Assembly: GCA_003563985.1 (NCBI GenBank)
Contig: PWSR01000180.1
Coordinates: 1-37,268 of the forward strand
Reading direction: 5' to 3'
DNA: 37,268 bases
Origin: Clostridia bacterium
Lineage (GTDB): Bacteria > Bacillota > Sulfobacillia > SLMV01
Of the stretch, positions 17,935-28,181 are shown piece by piece. The translations under genes were made by a program, and so were the position numbers. Below the pieces are notes generated by a model. The model worked only from the letters and a program-made list of their open reading frames with translations, was not told the origin of the DNA and did no database searches. Each line of letters begins with the position of its first letter. Position 1 is the first letter of the stretch.

Positions 17935-19997
17935 CAACCGGGAAGTTCACCCCAATCCATGGGTGCGGAAATGAGTTCGTCGATTCGCGCCAAAAGCCCC
18001 AGGCGCAGGGCCTTGAGTTCTTCGTCGGGAACCATGACCATAACAGCATCGAGGAACGCATCCACGGGACCTCGAATCGAAGCGGCGGCAGAGAAGAACC
18101 CCAGGTAATCTCCGCGCGGCAGGGAGTCGGATGCGTTGCTCTCCAGTGACTCCAGGGCAGCGGCGAGTTCCCGTCCCTCTCGACTGGGAAACTCCTCGGA
18201 ATCCAGGGTCTCGAGGGCCTCGCCCCCGGCCCCGAGATTGTGACACCGCCTCCACGCAACCAGCATGTCCTCGGCCTCGGGGCGGTTCAGGAATTCCGAT
18301 ACCTGCCGTACCCGCTCCCAGGCATCGGGTACGCGTTCCGGGCCCCGGGCCAAGACCCCGGACACCACCTCCGGCGCGTACCCCTCGTCGGTCATCATCC
18401 GGGCGAGCCTGCGGGTCAGGAAATCCAGGATCGTCTCCCGCAGGCCCGCATCCTCACCGGCCCCGTGCGCGTCCAGGGCCGGGGTGAGGACATCGTGTAG
18501 TTTCACTTCTTCCAGGGTACCGAGGATCCGGGCGATGGCCGTTGCGGCCCGGCGCATGCCGTAGGGATCCTCCGAGCCCGTCCCCACCAGGGAGGCCCGG
18601 AAACCGCCCACCAGGTGGTCGACCTTATCGATGAGCGAAAGCCACATACCCACGGAGGTTTCCGGCAGTTCCCCCGCGCCGCCCGGTGGTAGGTATTGTT
18701 CGGCCAGGGCGCGGCAAACCGATTCCGGTTCTCCCCACACCCGGGCGTACTCTCCACCCATCCGGCCCTGCAGGTCCGGGAATTCGGATACCATCAGCGT
18801 CACCAGGTCCGCCTTGGCCAGGGTCACGGCCCGTAGCAACTGATCCGCGTCCTCCGACGGTACCAGGCCCGCCTCGACCATCGCCGTTGCCATTTTGAAC
18901 ATCCGATCCGTGCGATCTGCCAGGCTGCCGAGGCCCTCGTGAAAGACCACGGAACCCAGCTCCCGGGCGCAATCCTCGGGGGTGCGGCGCTTATCCTCTT
19001 CCCAGAAGAAACGGGCATCGGCGAGCCGGGAATTCAGGACCAGCTCGTTGCCGGGCCTCACATGGGGCACCATGTCCTCGGTGCCGTTGATCACCGAGAG
19101 GAAGTAGGGGGCCAGGCCACCCGATTCGTCCTCCACGGGGAAGAAGCGCAGGTGGGAGGTCATGGCCGTCTCGATTACGATTCGTGGAACCTCCAGGAAA
19201 TCCTCGGGAATGGAGCCCAGCAAGACGGAGGGATACTCCACGAGGAAAGAGACCTCCCGCAGTAGCTCCGGCGCTATTACCGGTGTCCCCCCGATTCCAT
19301 CCGTCAGGCGGCCACAGGCGTCGACGATCATCCGCGAGCGAACCTCGGGGTCCAGCACCACGCCGGTGCCCTCCACGGCGGCGGTGTATTGCTCCGCCGA
19401 CGCCACTTCGATATCCGCGGGGCGATACCGCGGTCCCAGGCTGCGGCGACCGGAACGGATGCCGGCCAATTCCACCGGTACGACCTGGTCACCCCACAGG
19501 GCCGCCAACCAGCGAACAGGCCGGGCAAAGGCGTGTTCACCGGTGCCCCAGCGCATGGTCCTGGGGAAATTGATGGAGTTGGCGGCGGCGGAGAAGGCGT
19601 CGGCGAGGATCTCGGTGGCCACTCCTCCGGGGTCCCTCTTCAGGGCGTAGACGTACGCCGCCTTCTCGTCCTGGCGGACGACCAAGTCCTCGACGGTCAC
19701 CCCCTGGGAGCGGGCGAATCCCTCGGCGGCCCGCGTCGGCTGGCCATCCTGGAAGGCCACGGATTCCGAGGGACCCCGCACCTCCTCGACGGTTTCTTCG
19801 CCGCGAGGCGGGACGCCGGGGATGTAAACCACCAGGCGACGGGGCGTGGCCCAAACCGTCGGGTCCCGGTGGGGTAGCCCCGCCGCTTCCAGTTCTTCGT
19901 GTATGGCGGATCGAAGGTCATCGACGGCGCCGGGTATGTAACTGGCGGGCAGTTCCGCGGTTCCGATCTCCAGGACGGCGTCCCGTGTCGTCTCCAT
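17934..19997 (-). CDS. glyS: Glycine--tRNA ligase beta subunit
   Basis: LEIGT.ELP, TPRRL, FPRTMRWG, LVEYP, RLADARFF, KADLVT.MV.EFP.LQG.MG, GSEDPYG.RR. Confidence 0.95.
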   Translation of the reverse strand: METTRDAVLEIGTAELPASYIPGAVDDLRSAIHEELEAAGLPHRDPTVWATPRRLVVYIPGVPPRGEETVEEVRGPSESVAFQDGQPTRAAEGFARSQGVTVEDLVVRQDEKAAYVYALKRDPGGVATEILADAFSAAANSINFPRTMRWGTGEHAFARPVRWLAALWGDQVVPVELAGIRSGRRSLGPRYRPADIEVASAEQYTAAVEGTGVVLDPEVRSRMIVDACGRLTDGIGGTPVIAPELLREVSFLVEYPSVLLGSIPEDFLEVPRIVIETAMTSHLRFFPVEDESGGLAPYFLSVINGTEDMVPHVRPGNELVLNSRLADARFFWEEDKRRTPEDCARELGSVVFHEGLGSLADRTDRMFKMATAMVEAGLVPSEDADQLLRAVTLAKADLVTLMVSEFPDLQGRMGGEYARVWGEPESVCRALAEQYLPPGGAGELPETSVGMWLSLIDKVDHLVGGFRASLVGTGSEDPYGMRRAATAIARILGTLEEVKLHDVLTPALDAHGAGEDAGLRETILDFLTRRLARMMTDEGYAPEVVSGVLARGPERVPDAWERVRQVSEFLNRPEAEDMLVAWRRCHNLGAGGEALETLDSEEFPSREGRELAAALESLESNASDSLPRGDYLGFFSAAASIRGPVDAFLDAVMVMVPDEELKALRLGLLARIDELISAPMDWGELPG

Positions 19998-20002
19998 CGG
20001 GA

Positions 20003-20893
20003 TCACCCCACCTCTCCGCAACGGTGGAGAAGCGGAAATCCATCCCGCTCCCGCTGGTCCATGTAGCCCCGCGCGCATTGGCGCGCCAGGTTCCGAACCC
20101 GTCCCATGTAACCCGTCCGTTCCGTGACACTCAACGCACCGCGACTATCCAAGAGGTTGAAGACGTGCGAGCATTTCAGGGTGAGATCGTAGGCGGGGAG
20201 AACCAGCTCTTCGGCGAGGCAGCGTTGCGCCTCCCCCTCGTAGGCGGAAAAACAGTGAAACAGGAAATCGACGTCGGCGACCTCGAAGGAATACTTCGAG
20301 TGCTCGAATTCCGCCCGCCGGAACACTTCCCCGTAGTTCACCCGGCCATTCCAGTCCAGGTCGAATACGTTGCTGGTTCCCTGCAGGAACCCGGTCAGGC
20401 GCTCCAGGCCGTAGGTGAGTTCCACGGCGATGGGTGAGAGTTCCATGCCGCCCATCTGCTGAAAGAAAGTGAACTGCGTCACCTCCATGGCATCGATCCA
20501 AACTTCCCAGCCGAGACCCCACGCCCCCAGGGTCGGGGCCTCCCAGTTATCCTCGACGAATCGAACGTCGTGGCGGGAGAAATCGATTCCCAGGGCCGCC
20601 AGGCTGTCGAGGTAGATCTCCTGTATGTCCTCGGGAGAGGGTTTGATGATGACCTGGTATTGCCAGTGGCGATATAGCCGCACGGGATTCTCCCCGTAGC
20701 GACCGTCCACGGGGCGACGGGAGGGCTCGGTGTAGGCCACGGCCCAGGGTTCGGGCCCGAGGGAGCGGAAGAACGTCGTGGGATGCATGGTTCCCGCGCC
20801 CTTTTCCACGTCGTAGGGTTGTTCCAGGAGGCAACCGTGGTCGCGCCAAAACTCGTTCAGTTTCAGGATGGCGTCCTGAAATGTCAAATGCAT
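20003..20893 (-). CDS. glyQ: Glycine--tRNA ligase alpha subunit
   Basis: [60 protein letters not shown]. Confidence 0.97.
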   Translation of the reverse strand: MHLTFQDAILKLNEFWRDHGCLLEQPYDVEKGAGTMHPTTFFRSLGPEPWAVAYTEPSRRPVDGRYGENPVRLYRHWQYQVIIKPSPEDIQEIYLDSLAALGIDFSRHDVRFVEDNWEAPTLGAWGLGWEVWIDAMEVTQFTFFQQMGGMELSPIAVELTYGLERLTGFLQGTSNVFDLDWNGRVNYGEVFRRAEFEHSKYSFEVADVDFLFHCFSAYEGEAQRCLAEELVLPAYDLTLKCSHVFNLLDSRGALSVTERTGYMGRVRNLARQCARGYMDQRERDGFPLLHRCGEVG

Positions 20894-20974
20894 GGAGATA
20901 TCACCCTTCGGCTCTCGGTATGGGAAGGTGGTGCGGCCGGTGCGTTCACAGTCCGACCGCGACCCCACGAATTC

Positions 20975-21400
20975 TCATTCGCACGCTTCATCGCCCGTCT
21001 CGGGGGTGCAATCCTCGGTGAACTCGGTGACGGGACCTCTCTCCACGACGATGGTGCACTCCGTTACCATCGCCGCGATGGCCCCCAGGGCGGCCAGGGT
21101 CGGGAGCAGCAGGGCGCCCAACGCCCCCACGGTGACGGGAAATTCCAATAGGGTCTTGTCGTTATGCCGAACCTTCACCCTTCGCACGTTGCCCTCGTGA
21201 ATCAGTTCGCGGACCTTTTCCACCAGTTCGTTTCCACTGACCTGGATCCGCTCGGCCCAGCGCCGTCCTTCGAACTTCTCTTCCAGGAAGATCAAGGCTT
21301 CCACCAGGTCACCGTCCGCCCCGTCCAGGGCCTCCCGCGCTTCCCGATAGGTCACTCCCGTTCGATTCCTGATCTCGTCGATCTTCTCGAGATACTCCAT
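20975..21400 (-). CDS. DUF4342-domain protein with N-terminal UBA-like helices
   Basis: LEKID.IR.RTGV.Y.EA.EAL...GD.V.ALI and ELIHEGNVRR..V...LLE.PVT.G; SD GGAGGG before ATG 21400. Confidence 0.85.
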   Translation of the reverse strand: MEYLEKIDEIRNRTGVTYREAREALDGADGDLVEALIFLEEKFEGRRWAERIQVSGNELVEKVRELIHEGNVRRVKVRHNDKTLLEFPVTVGALGALLLPTLAALGAIAAMVTECTIVVERGPVTEFTEDCTPETGDEACE

Positions 21401-21441
21401 TGCAAATCCCTCCGAATCCAAGTACATCCGGCCTCGCCAGT

Positions 21442-22179
21442 CTAAGCTAGTATATCGAGAAAACGTCGGGAATTCACCGACCGCCCGAGGTGGTACTCGA
21501 GGTAGTCCAGCAGCAAATTCCGCAGCTGCACCAGGGCCCCGGGGGACGGAGACAGATCCGGTACGTCCCGGGGATGCAGATCCCGCAGCCGCCGGGCCAG
21601 GCTCACCATCTCGGCGGTCATATTGTGTCCGGGGGGCGGCCCCGGCGGACATCCGGGGCAGGAGATGGAGCCGTCCTCGAAGGAAAGGAAGCCACCGTCG
21701 ATGGGCCCCCCGCACCCCCGGCAGGCATCCAGCAGGGGAAATAGGCCCGCGACCTTGGTGGATCGAACGAGGAAAAACGCCATTACCAGGTCGGGATCCG
21801 CGACCTCCAGCAGGCGGAACGCGGTGACCACCAGGAGGTACAGGGCCCGGTCTGCCTCGCCCTCCTGGGCCAACCGCCCCACGATCTCCGCGATGCAAAA
21901 GGAGTGGGCAATGGTGCCGGGATCTTCCCGCAGGCACCTGTGGGCATCGAGAACTTCTCCCCCGCGCAAACCGTCGAGGCTCTTGCCACGCCACGCGTCC
22001 AGGCGTACCCGGGAAAAGGGAAGGGCCAGGGCCGCCAGGCGGCTGCCCGTGGAACGGCCCCCGCGAACCGAGAGCCGCACCAGGCCGCGATCCGGGGTCA
22101 ATACCGTGAGAACCCGATCCTTTTCCCCCAGGGGCTTGCTAAATAGAATGATGCCTTCGATTCGGTACCCGGCGGTCAT
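21442..22179 (-). CDS. recO: DNA repair protein RecO
   Basis: EGIIL...GEKDR.LT.LT...G N-terminus, CxxC...CxxC zinc motif, position after era. Confidence 0.92.
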   Translation of the reverse strand: MTAGYRIEGIILFSKPLGEKDRVLTVLTPDRGLVRLSVRGGRSTGSRLAALALPFSRVRLDAWRGKSLDGLRGGEVLDAHRCLREDPGTIAHSFCIAEIVGRLAQEGEADRALYLLVVTAFRLLEVADPDLVMAFFLVRSTKVAGLFPLLDACRGCGGPIDGGFLSFEDGSISCPGCPPGPPPGHNMTAEMVSLARRLRDLHPRDVPDLSPSPGALVQLRNLLLDYLEYHLGRSVNSRRFLDILA

Positions 22180-23108
22180 CAGGATCGCCGGGGATCGTCC
22201 GAGAGACCCAGCTCACCTAGCAACCCGGGGTCGTCCCGCCATCCCTTCTCTACGCGAACGAACAGATCGAGATAGATGCGGATACCCAGAAGATCTTCCG
22301 CTTCCAGCCTCGCGGCCTCTCCGATCTTCTTGATCATGCTGCCGCCGCGCCCGATGAGAATGGATTTCTGCGATCCCCGCTCGACCACGATATCCGCCGC
22401 GATATACAGCAGGGGACCCGGGCGTTCTTCGATCTCCCGCACCGTCACCGCGACCGCGTGGGGCACTTCTTCCCTCGTCATGAGGAGGATCTTCTCCCGC
22501 ACCAACTCGCCGGCCAAAAACCCCGTCGACCGGTCCGTGAAAGCGTCCTCGGGAAAATACCGGGGCCCGCCGGGGGGGATCAGCGCCAGGATCTCGTCCA
22601 TGAGGGTATCGAGGTTCCAACCGTTTAGGGCGGAAACGGGAATGACCGCGGTGAACTCGCCCAGTCTCGCGTACTCCGCGATCCGCGCTTCCCTCTCGTG
22701 CGCGGGAATCAGGTCGATCTTGTTGATGACCAGGATCGTCGGCGCCCCGGAGGCGACTGTTATCTTGGCGGCGCGACTGTCTCCGCGCCCCGCCTCGGGT
22801 CGCGAACCGTCGACCAGCAGGAGCACGGCGTCCACATCGGCCACGGCACCCCGGGCACCCCGCATCATCGCGTCTCCCAACCGATCCTTCGGCTCGTGGA
22901 TTCCCGGCGTGTCCAGGAAAACGAGCTGGAGATCGGGACGGTGGAGCACCCCCATGATTCGATGCCGCGTGGTCTGCGGTTTCGGAGAAACGATACTTAC
23001 TTTTGTACCCACCAGGGCGTTCACCAGCGTGGATTTACCGACGTTGGCGAATCCCATCACCGCTATGAAACCGGAGCGAAACTCCGTCGATTCCTCTGTT
23101 GGCGTCAC
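22179..23108 (-). CDS. era: GTPase Era
   Basis: RSGFIAV.G.ANVGKST, KPQTTR, DTPG, NKID, EEVPH, KH domain (SQK.ILIG.GG). Confidence 0.96.
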   Translation of the reverse strand: MTPTEESTEFRSGFIAVMGFANVGKSTLVNALVGTKVSIVSPKPQTTRHRIMGVLHRPDLQLVFLDTPGIHEPKDRLGDAMMRGARGAVADVDAVLLLVDGSRPEAGRGDSRAAKITVASGAPTILVINKIDLIPAHEREARIAEYARLGEFTAVIPVSALNGWNLDTLMDEILALIPPGGPRYFPEDAFTDRSTGFLAGELVREKILLMTREEVPHAVAVTVREIEERPGPLLYIAADIVVERGSQKSILIGRGGSMIKKIGEAARLEAEDLLGIRIYLDLFVRVEKGWRDDPGLLGELGLSDDPRRS

Positions 23109-24274
23109 GGTTGCAACCCCTCCACCTCTACCCCCGTATCCAGGGGTAAGAACGCGATCCAGGTCTTTCCCGGGGTGAGGCGAACGTCCCCGCCGCGGGG
23201 ACCACTCAGGGAGAAACCATCCTCCCCCGACCAGAGCCCGGAGTAACCCCGGCCCCCGGTGATGATGAGGGCCTCCCCGGACCCCTTGGTATCTATATCC
23301 AGGCGCCCGTACCGGTCCCCGGGAATCGGCTTCGTCGCGGCCCAGAGGATCACGACGTTTTCAAACCCCAATTGCTCCCCCGTCTCCCGGTCGGCGTGGG
23401 GTTCCCCTCCGAGGAAACGCAGGTAGCGATCGCTCTCCTCGTCGTATTGGTACGACGTACTGTAGCTTTCGTAACCCGGGGGGAACTTGACCGTCAGCCC
23501 CGTCATCTCCTGGCCGGACTGCCCGGATATTCCCGGCTCCTCGCGTCGACCCGGGTAGACCCAGGGCGGGTTGGGCACCTCCGCCCGTTCCAGCCCCCGC
23601 GAGTCGACCTGGACCCGGTTCTCGGGGATGCGCGTAAACAGGGTGTGTTCGTAGGGCACGCCGGGGGAGGGTTGGCGGAAGAAATTCCCCCGCCCGCGGA
23701 GATCGTCCAGGCTCCCCAGGCTGCTCTCGGCGATCTGGCGGAGGGCCTGGGGACTACCGCCACAATGGACCAGCAGCGCATCCAGGGCCGTCGCGAGATC
23801 GACGAAATAGTGGCGGGCGCTTCGAACCGGGCCCACCACCTCCGGATCCTCACCCAGGAACATCGCGATAAAACGCGTTGCCCCTCCCTCTACCAGCAAT
23901 TCGAAGAGCACATCCGCCTCTGCCAGGCCGATGTGGGGCCGGGCCCGGGGTGAGTTATCGATGGCCACGGCGAGGATGCGGCGGGCAACCAGTTCTTCGG
24001 GATGCCACAACCCCGTGAGCGGATTGAGGATCTCTCCCTCGGCCGGACCCCCTTCCTCGGGCTCTTCCTCCTCCTCTCCCCCTTCATCCTCCACCTCGGG
24101 TTCCATCGGCTCGGGGGCCGGTGGCTCCTCCGTCGGTGGCTCTTCCTCCTCCGCGGAACCGCAAGCAAGGGCTCCGCCGAACACGAGGATGAGGATCACC
24201 AATATAGCTATCAGGGTCCTTGGGAACGCGGTCTGCCCGCGCCATCGCAGGTTGGAAGCCTTCAGTTCATTCAC
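23105..24274 (-). CDS. DUF3048 (YerB-like) lipoprotein
   Basis: Signal peptide with lipobox ALAC, acidic/Pro linker, NPLTGL, IDNSP.ARP..GL..AD..FE..VEGG.TRF, GPVRSAR. Confidence 0.87.
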   Translation of the reverse strand: MNELKASNLRWRGQTAFPRTLIAILVILILVFGGALACGSAEEEEPPTEEPPAPEPMEPEVEDEGGEEEEEPEEGGPAEGEILNPLTGLWHPEELVARRILAVAIDNSPRARPHIGLAEADVLFELLVEGGATRFIAMFLGEDPEVVGPVRSARHYFVDLATALDALLVHCGGSPQALRQIAESSLGSLDDLRGRGNFFRQPSPGVPYEHTLFTRIPENRVQVDSRGLERAEVPNPPWVYPGRREEPGISGQSGQEMTGLTVKFPPGYESYSTSYQYDEESDRYLRFLGGEPHADRETGEQLGFENVVILWAATKPIPGDRYGRLDIDTKGSGEALIITGGRGYSGLWSGEDGFSLSGPRGGDVRLTPGKTWIAFLPLDTGVEVEGLQP

Positions 24275-24791
24275 CCTCTCTCCCTCGATTCCCGCCCTCA
24301 TCGCCCGCCATGAGAACGTGCTCCATGGCATCGGCGACGAGGCCGTGCATCTCTTCGAGGGATTCCTCGTCGGGATGATCCCATCCCAACAGGTGCAACG
24401 TACCATGACACGCGAGAAAGACCAATTCGTGCAGCCCGGAGACGCACCGATCTCGCGCCGAATCCTCGGCCACGGGTACGGCGATCACCACATCCCCCAG
24501 GGATTGCGGGGGAGCCGGACAAGCCACGTCGAAGCCGTCGTCCGCCCCCCACATCGGAAACGCCAGGACGTCCGTGGGCGCGTCCTTTCCGCGATAACGG
24601 GCGTTGAGATCTCGAATCTCGGCCTCCCCGACCAGGGAAATGGCCACCGAGGTCTCCACCGGTGGACGTCCGGAAGGACTGTCCACGGCCACCCGGGCGT
24701 ACAGCCGGCGAAGTACGCGTCGGAGCACCGGAAACGCGATCGACTCCACACCGATGTCAGGATTGTGCGCGATCTCCGGTCTCATTCTCAC
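24267..24791 (-). CDS. ybeY: rRNA maturation endoribonuclease YbeY
   Basis: LN..YRGKD.PTDVL.F, LGDVVI, HGTLHLLGWDH. Confidence 0.94.
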   Translation of the reverse strand: MRMRPEIAHNPDIGVESIAFPVLRRVLRRLYARVAVDSPSGRPPVETSVAISLVGEAEIRDLNARYRGKDAPTDVLAFPMWGADDGFDVACPAPPQSLGDVVIAVPVAEDSARDRCVSGLHELVFLACHGTLHLLGWDHPDEESLEEMHGLVADAMEHVLMAGDEGGNRGREGE

Positions 24792-27006
24792 CGTCGGATC
24801 CCTCCTCCCCTTCTTTCTTCATCGCCTTGATCACGGATTCGGGGTATTCAAGCCGGCGATGGAAGGCGCCCGAAAGCACCTGGGAGAACACTTCTCCCAC
24901 TCGATCCAGGTCCCGGAGCGTAAGATCGCATCGATCCAGTTGCCCGTCCTCGAGCCGAGCGTGGATCAGATCCCGCACCACCGCCCGCACGCGATCCGGG
25001 GTCGGCCGTGACAGCGATCGAACCGTGGCCTCCACGGCGTCGGCCAACATGACGACGGCCGTTTCCTTGCTCTGGGGCCGGGGACCGGGATAACGGAACC
25101 CGTCTTCGGGCACGTCCCCGTCCGACAACTCCTTCGCCCGGGAGTAGAAATACCCGGTGAGGGTGGTTCCGTGGTGGGTGGCGATGAAGTCGGTTACGGG
25201 TTCGGGCATGCCTGCCTCGTCCGCCATGTCGACGCCATCCTTGACATGCGAGATGACGATGAGGGCGCTGAGGTTGGGCGACAACTTGTCGTGGGGATTC
25301 TCCCCTCCGAATTGATTCTCGACGAAGAAGTAGGGACGTCGTGCCTTGCCGACATCGTGGAAGTAGGCCCCGACCCGGGCCAGGACCGGATCCCCTCCCA
25401 CTGCCTCGGAGGCAGCCTCCGCCATGTTCGCCACCATGAGGCTGTGATGATAGGTCCCCGGCGCTTCCTCCAGCAAGCGACGGAGCAGGGGCTGTGTCGG
25501 GCTGGCCAGCTCCACCAGTTTCACCGGGGTAATGATGCCGAACAACGTCTCCAGGAAGGGCAGCGTCCCGATGGCGATCACCGCCGATAGGAGGCCGTTG
25601 CCACCGCTCCAGAGGAGGTTGCGCCAGAGCATCGAATCGCGGATGGTGGCGCCCCCGGTATAGAAAGCATAGGTGGCCAGCACCAGCATTCCGGCGATCG
25701 AGGCCAGGAAACCGGCCCGCATCAGGTCATTGCGGTCTTCGATGCGACTGGCGGCGAGGGCGGCGGCAATGGCTCCGACCAGGCCCACGAGCACCACCTT
25801 TACATCGGCCCCGGAGATCAGGAACAGGCTCATCGACATTAATAGCCCCATGAAAACCGCCGTATTGGAATCTATGAGTACGGCCAGGAGGATCGTTCCC
25901 GCGGCCAGGGGCACCAGGAAGGGTGATACCGCCATGGTCAACCTGGCGACGAAAAGGGTCACCAGGAACACGAGGCCGACTAGGACCAACCTGGACTCCG
26001 AAGTGAGTATCCCGGGTTGCAGGCGCCCCAAGTAGGCACCCGCCAGGACGATGAGGACCAGGGCGTAGGCTCCAGAGGACAGGTAGATGCGCCACGGTCG
26101 ATCGTCGGCCAACAGGCCCGCGTCGCGGAGTCGGACCATGTCCTCGGAACTGATCACTTCGCCGTCCGCCACCAACACCTGTCCGCGCAGGATGATCTCC
26201 GGATCGACGGCCTCGGCGGCCGCACGCCTCCGGTTCTCCGTCTCCTCGGCACTGTAAAGCAGGTTGGGCACCAGGAGGGAGGAGGTCATGTCGCCGACGA
26301 AGGTCGCCAGTCCATCCGGCAACTCGGACCGATCAAAGGCCTCCTGGATCTGGTCGCGGAAGGCGTCGAGCCCCCCGGATTTGACGCCCTGGGAGAAGAA
26401 AAACGAGAGCAAACTTTCCGCCTGGGATTCGGCGGCGTCGATCTCCGCGTCCTCCGCCTCCAGGATCGTCTCGATATCCGCGGCGGTTACGGTGCCGGGA
26501 ACCAGGTTCTCCAATCGCCGCGCTGCGCTGTGGAGGTCGGGGCGTTCCATCCCATCCGCGGATTCGCCGTCGACCAGATCTTCCAGTTCCGCGAGGGATA
26601 CATCGCCTCGCAGTTGGCGGATTTCCGAGAAGATCACCGCCAACTGGCTCAGCACTTCATCGCCCACGGTGGGATCCTGCTCGTAGACCCCGGGCACCTC
26701 GGCCATTGCCTCGGCCTGGAGCCGCTCTGTGGCGGGTCGATCGACGAATTCCAAGGGCGCCTTGATATTCCGGGGTGCGGGCTCTCCCACCGTCACGTCC
26801 AGGCGCTGGGGAAGGGCACTACTGGCAAATAGGAGCGCCAGCAACACGGTGAAGAGAATCCCCCACAGCGCGCGACGAACGCGGGATCCCTCCCGCAGGG
26901 GCGCGCGGAAAAAGGACCTGGCGGATGCCGCCAGATCGATGCCGCGCCTTCGCCCGGGACGTCCGGGCCGGGTTCGCCTATCCCGATTACCCTTCGCGTT
27001 CAGCAT
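24757..27006 (-). CDS. pgpH: 7TM-HD phosphohydrolase, PgpH/YqfF-type (c-di-AMP phosphodiesterase)
   Basis: N-terminal TM, large extracellular domain, multiple TM helices, HD domain APGTYHHS, YFHDVGK, FFVENQ, HHGT, ADAVEA; start position uncertain. Confidence 0.88.
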   Translation of the reverse strand: MLNAKGNRDRRTRPGRPGRRRGIDLAASARSFFRAPLREGSRVRRALWGILFTVLLALLFASSALPQRLDVTVGEPAPRNIKAPLEFVDRPATERLQAEAMAEVPGVYEQDPTVGDEVLSQLAVIFSEIRQLRGDVSLAELEDLVDGESADGMERPDLHSAARRLENLVPGTVTAADIETILEAEDAEIDAAESQAESLLSFFFSQGVKSGGLDAFRDQIQEAFDRSELPDGLATFVGDMTSSLLVPNLLYSAEETENRRRAAAEAVDPEIILRGQVLVADGEVISSEDMVRLRDAGLLADDRPWRIYLSSGAYALVLIVLAGAYLGRLQPGILTSESRLVLVGLVFLVTLFVARLTMAVSPFLVPLAAGTILLAVLIDSNTAVFMGLLMSMSLFLISGADVKVVLVGLVGAIAAALAASRIEDRNDLMRAGFLASIAGMLVLATYAFYTGGATIRDSMLWRNLLWSGGNGLLSAVIAIGTLPFLETLFGIITPVKLVELASPTQPLLRRLLEEAPGTYHHSLMVANMAEAASEAVGGDPVLARVGAYFHDVGKARRPYFFVENQFGGENPHDKLSPNLSALIVISHVKDGVDMADEAGMPEPVTDFIATHHGTTLTGYFYSRAKELSDGDVPEDGFRYPGPRPQSKETAVVMLADAVEATVRSLSRPTPDRVRAVVRDLIHARLEDGQLDRCDLTLRDLDRVGEVFSQVLSGAFHRRLEYPESVIKAMKKEGEEGSDGENETGDRAQS

Positions 27007-27985
27007 ATCGCTCGTACGCCCTGATGATCTGCGTGACCAGGGGATGTCGGACGACATCCGCCTCGGTCAAGTAAACGAACTCGATTCCCTTGATATCGAG
27101 AAGAATATTCTGAACCTGCACCAGGCCGCTGGATCCCCTTTCCAGGTCGATCTGGGTGACATCGCCGGTAACGACCACCCGGGATCCGAATCCCTGCCGG
27201 GTCAAGAACATCTTCATCTGCTCGGGCGTCGCGTTTTGCGCCTCGTCCAAGATGATGAAGGAATCGTCCAGGGTTCTCCCCCGCATGAAGGCCAGGGGGG
27301 CCACCTCGATGACCCCGCGACCCATTTCCTTCTCAAAACGGTTCACACCCAGGATCTCGTACAGGGCATCGTACAGCGGACGCAGGTAGGGATCAACCTT
27401 TTCCTGCAGGTCGCCCGGCAGGAACCCGAGATGTTCGCCGGCCTCGACGGCCGGGCGCGTGAGAATGATGCGATTGACGAGACCTGCCTTCAGGGCCGCG
27501 TTGGCCTGGGCCATGGCGAGATAGGTCTTTCCGGTTCCGGCCGGGCCGATTCCGAACACGATGGGATTGGCCCGCATGGCCTTCAAGTATTCCTTTTGCC
27601 CGCGGGTCTTCGGCGTAATGCGTCGTCCGCGGGCCGTGGTTATGATCGTGTCGTCGTATATGTCGTCCAGGGGTTCTTCATCGCCGGCGGCGGTCAACTC
27701 CATGGCATGCAAGACCACCTGGTCCGTGATCTCGTTACCCGATCGTAGCGTCGAAAGAAGCCGTTCGAGCAGGCGAGTCACCCGGCCCACGTCGTCCGGC
27801 GGACCCACGATGACCAGCTCGTTGCCGCGGCTGACGAAGCGAACGGGGAACTGCTCTTCGATGGCGTTGAGATTGCGATCGCCCTGGCCGAAGAGACGCA
27901 CCGCGTCGGCGTTGTCATCCACCCGGAACGTAGCCCGTATTACCTTTTCTGCATTCGGGGTCGCGTCCGTCAACTGGTTCAACAT
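26987..27985 (-). CDS. phoH: PhoH-family ATPase
   Basis: GPAGTGKT, LTRPAVEAGE.LGFLPGDL, PLAFMRGRT, ILDEAQN, GD.TQIDL, VRHPLV. Confidence 0.95.
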   Translation of the reverse strand: MLNQLTDATPNAEKVIRATFRVDDNADAVRLFGQGDRNLNAIEEQFPVRFVSRGNELVIVGPPDDVGRVTRLLERLLSTLRSGNEITDQVVLHAMELTAAGDEEPLDDIYDDTIITTARGRRITPKTRGQKEYLKAMRANPIVFGIGPAGTGKTYLAMAQANAALKAGLVNRIILTRPAVEAGEHLGFLPGDLQEKVDPYLRPLYDALYEILGVNRFEKEMGRGVIEVAPLAFMRGRTLDDSFIILDEAQNATPEQMKMFLTRQGFGSRVVVTGDVTQIDLERGSSGLVQVQNILLDIKGIEFVYLTEADVVRHPLVTQIIRAYERYAEREG

Positions 27986-28152
27986 CACTCCCGTTCCGTA
28001 TCCTGGCGCCACGTCGTCGCGAGCCACCGATCCTTTACCCGGGAAAACCCGGCACCGGTACCCATGTCGGGCCGGCCGGGAGTTCGCCCGGGGAATCGGC
28101 TGTCCATATCCCGTATCCGTCCCACCCGGGTCCCGCCGGGGTAGGAGATGAC

Positions 28153-28181
28153 ATTGTACCTTCATTGCGAAGGATGGACAA
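28153..28181 (-). promoter_or_regulatory. SigA promoter for the phoH-pgpH-ybeY-era operon, with palindromic spacer
   Basis: TTGTCC-N17-TACAAT; the spacer contains CCTTC-GCAAT-GAAGG. Confidence 0.65.

Noticed and set aside
21401-21994. Long N-terminal extension of the DUF4342 ORF
   Set aside because: Alternate-frame overlap with recO; a strong SD precedes ATG 21400.
23030-23060. Era G1 variant GFANVGKS as a sign of inactivation
   Set aside because: It still fits GxxxxGKS, and the other G motifs and the KH domain are intact.
24040-24155. Repeat-like (tcc)n tract as a tandem repeat or CRISPR
   Set aside because: It encodes the Glu/Pro-rich linker of the lipoprotein; I saw no repeat-spacer periodicity anywhere in the window.
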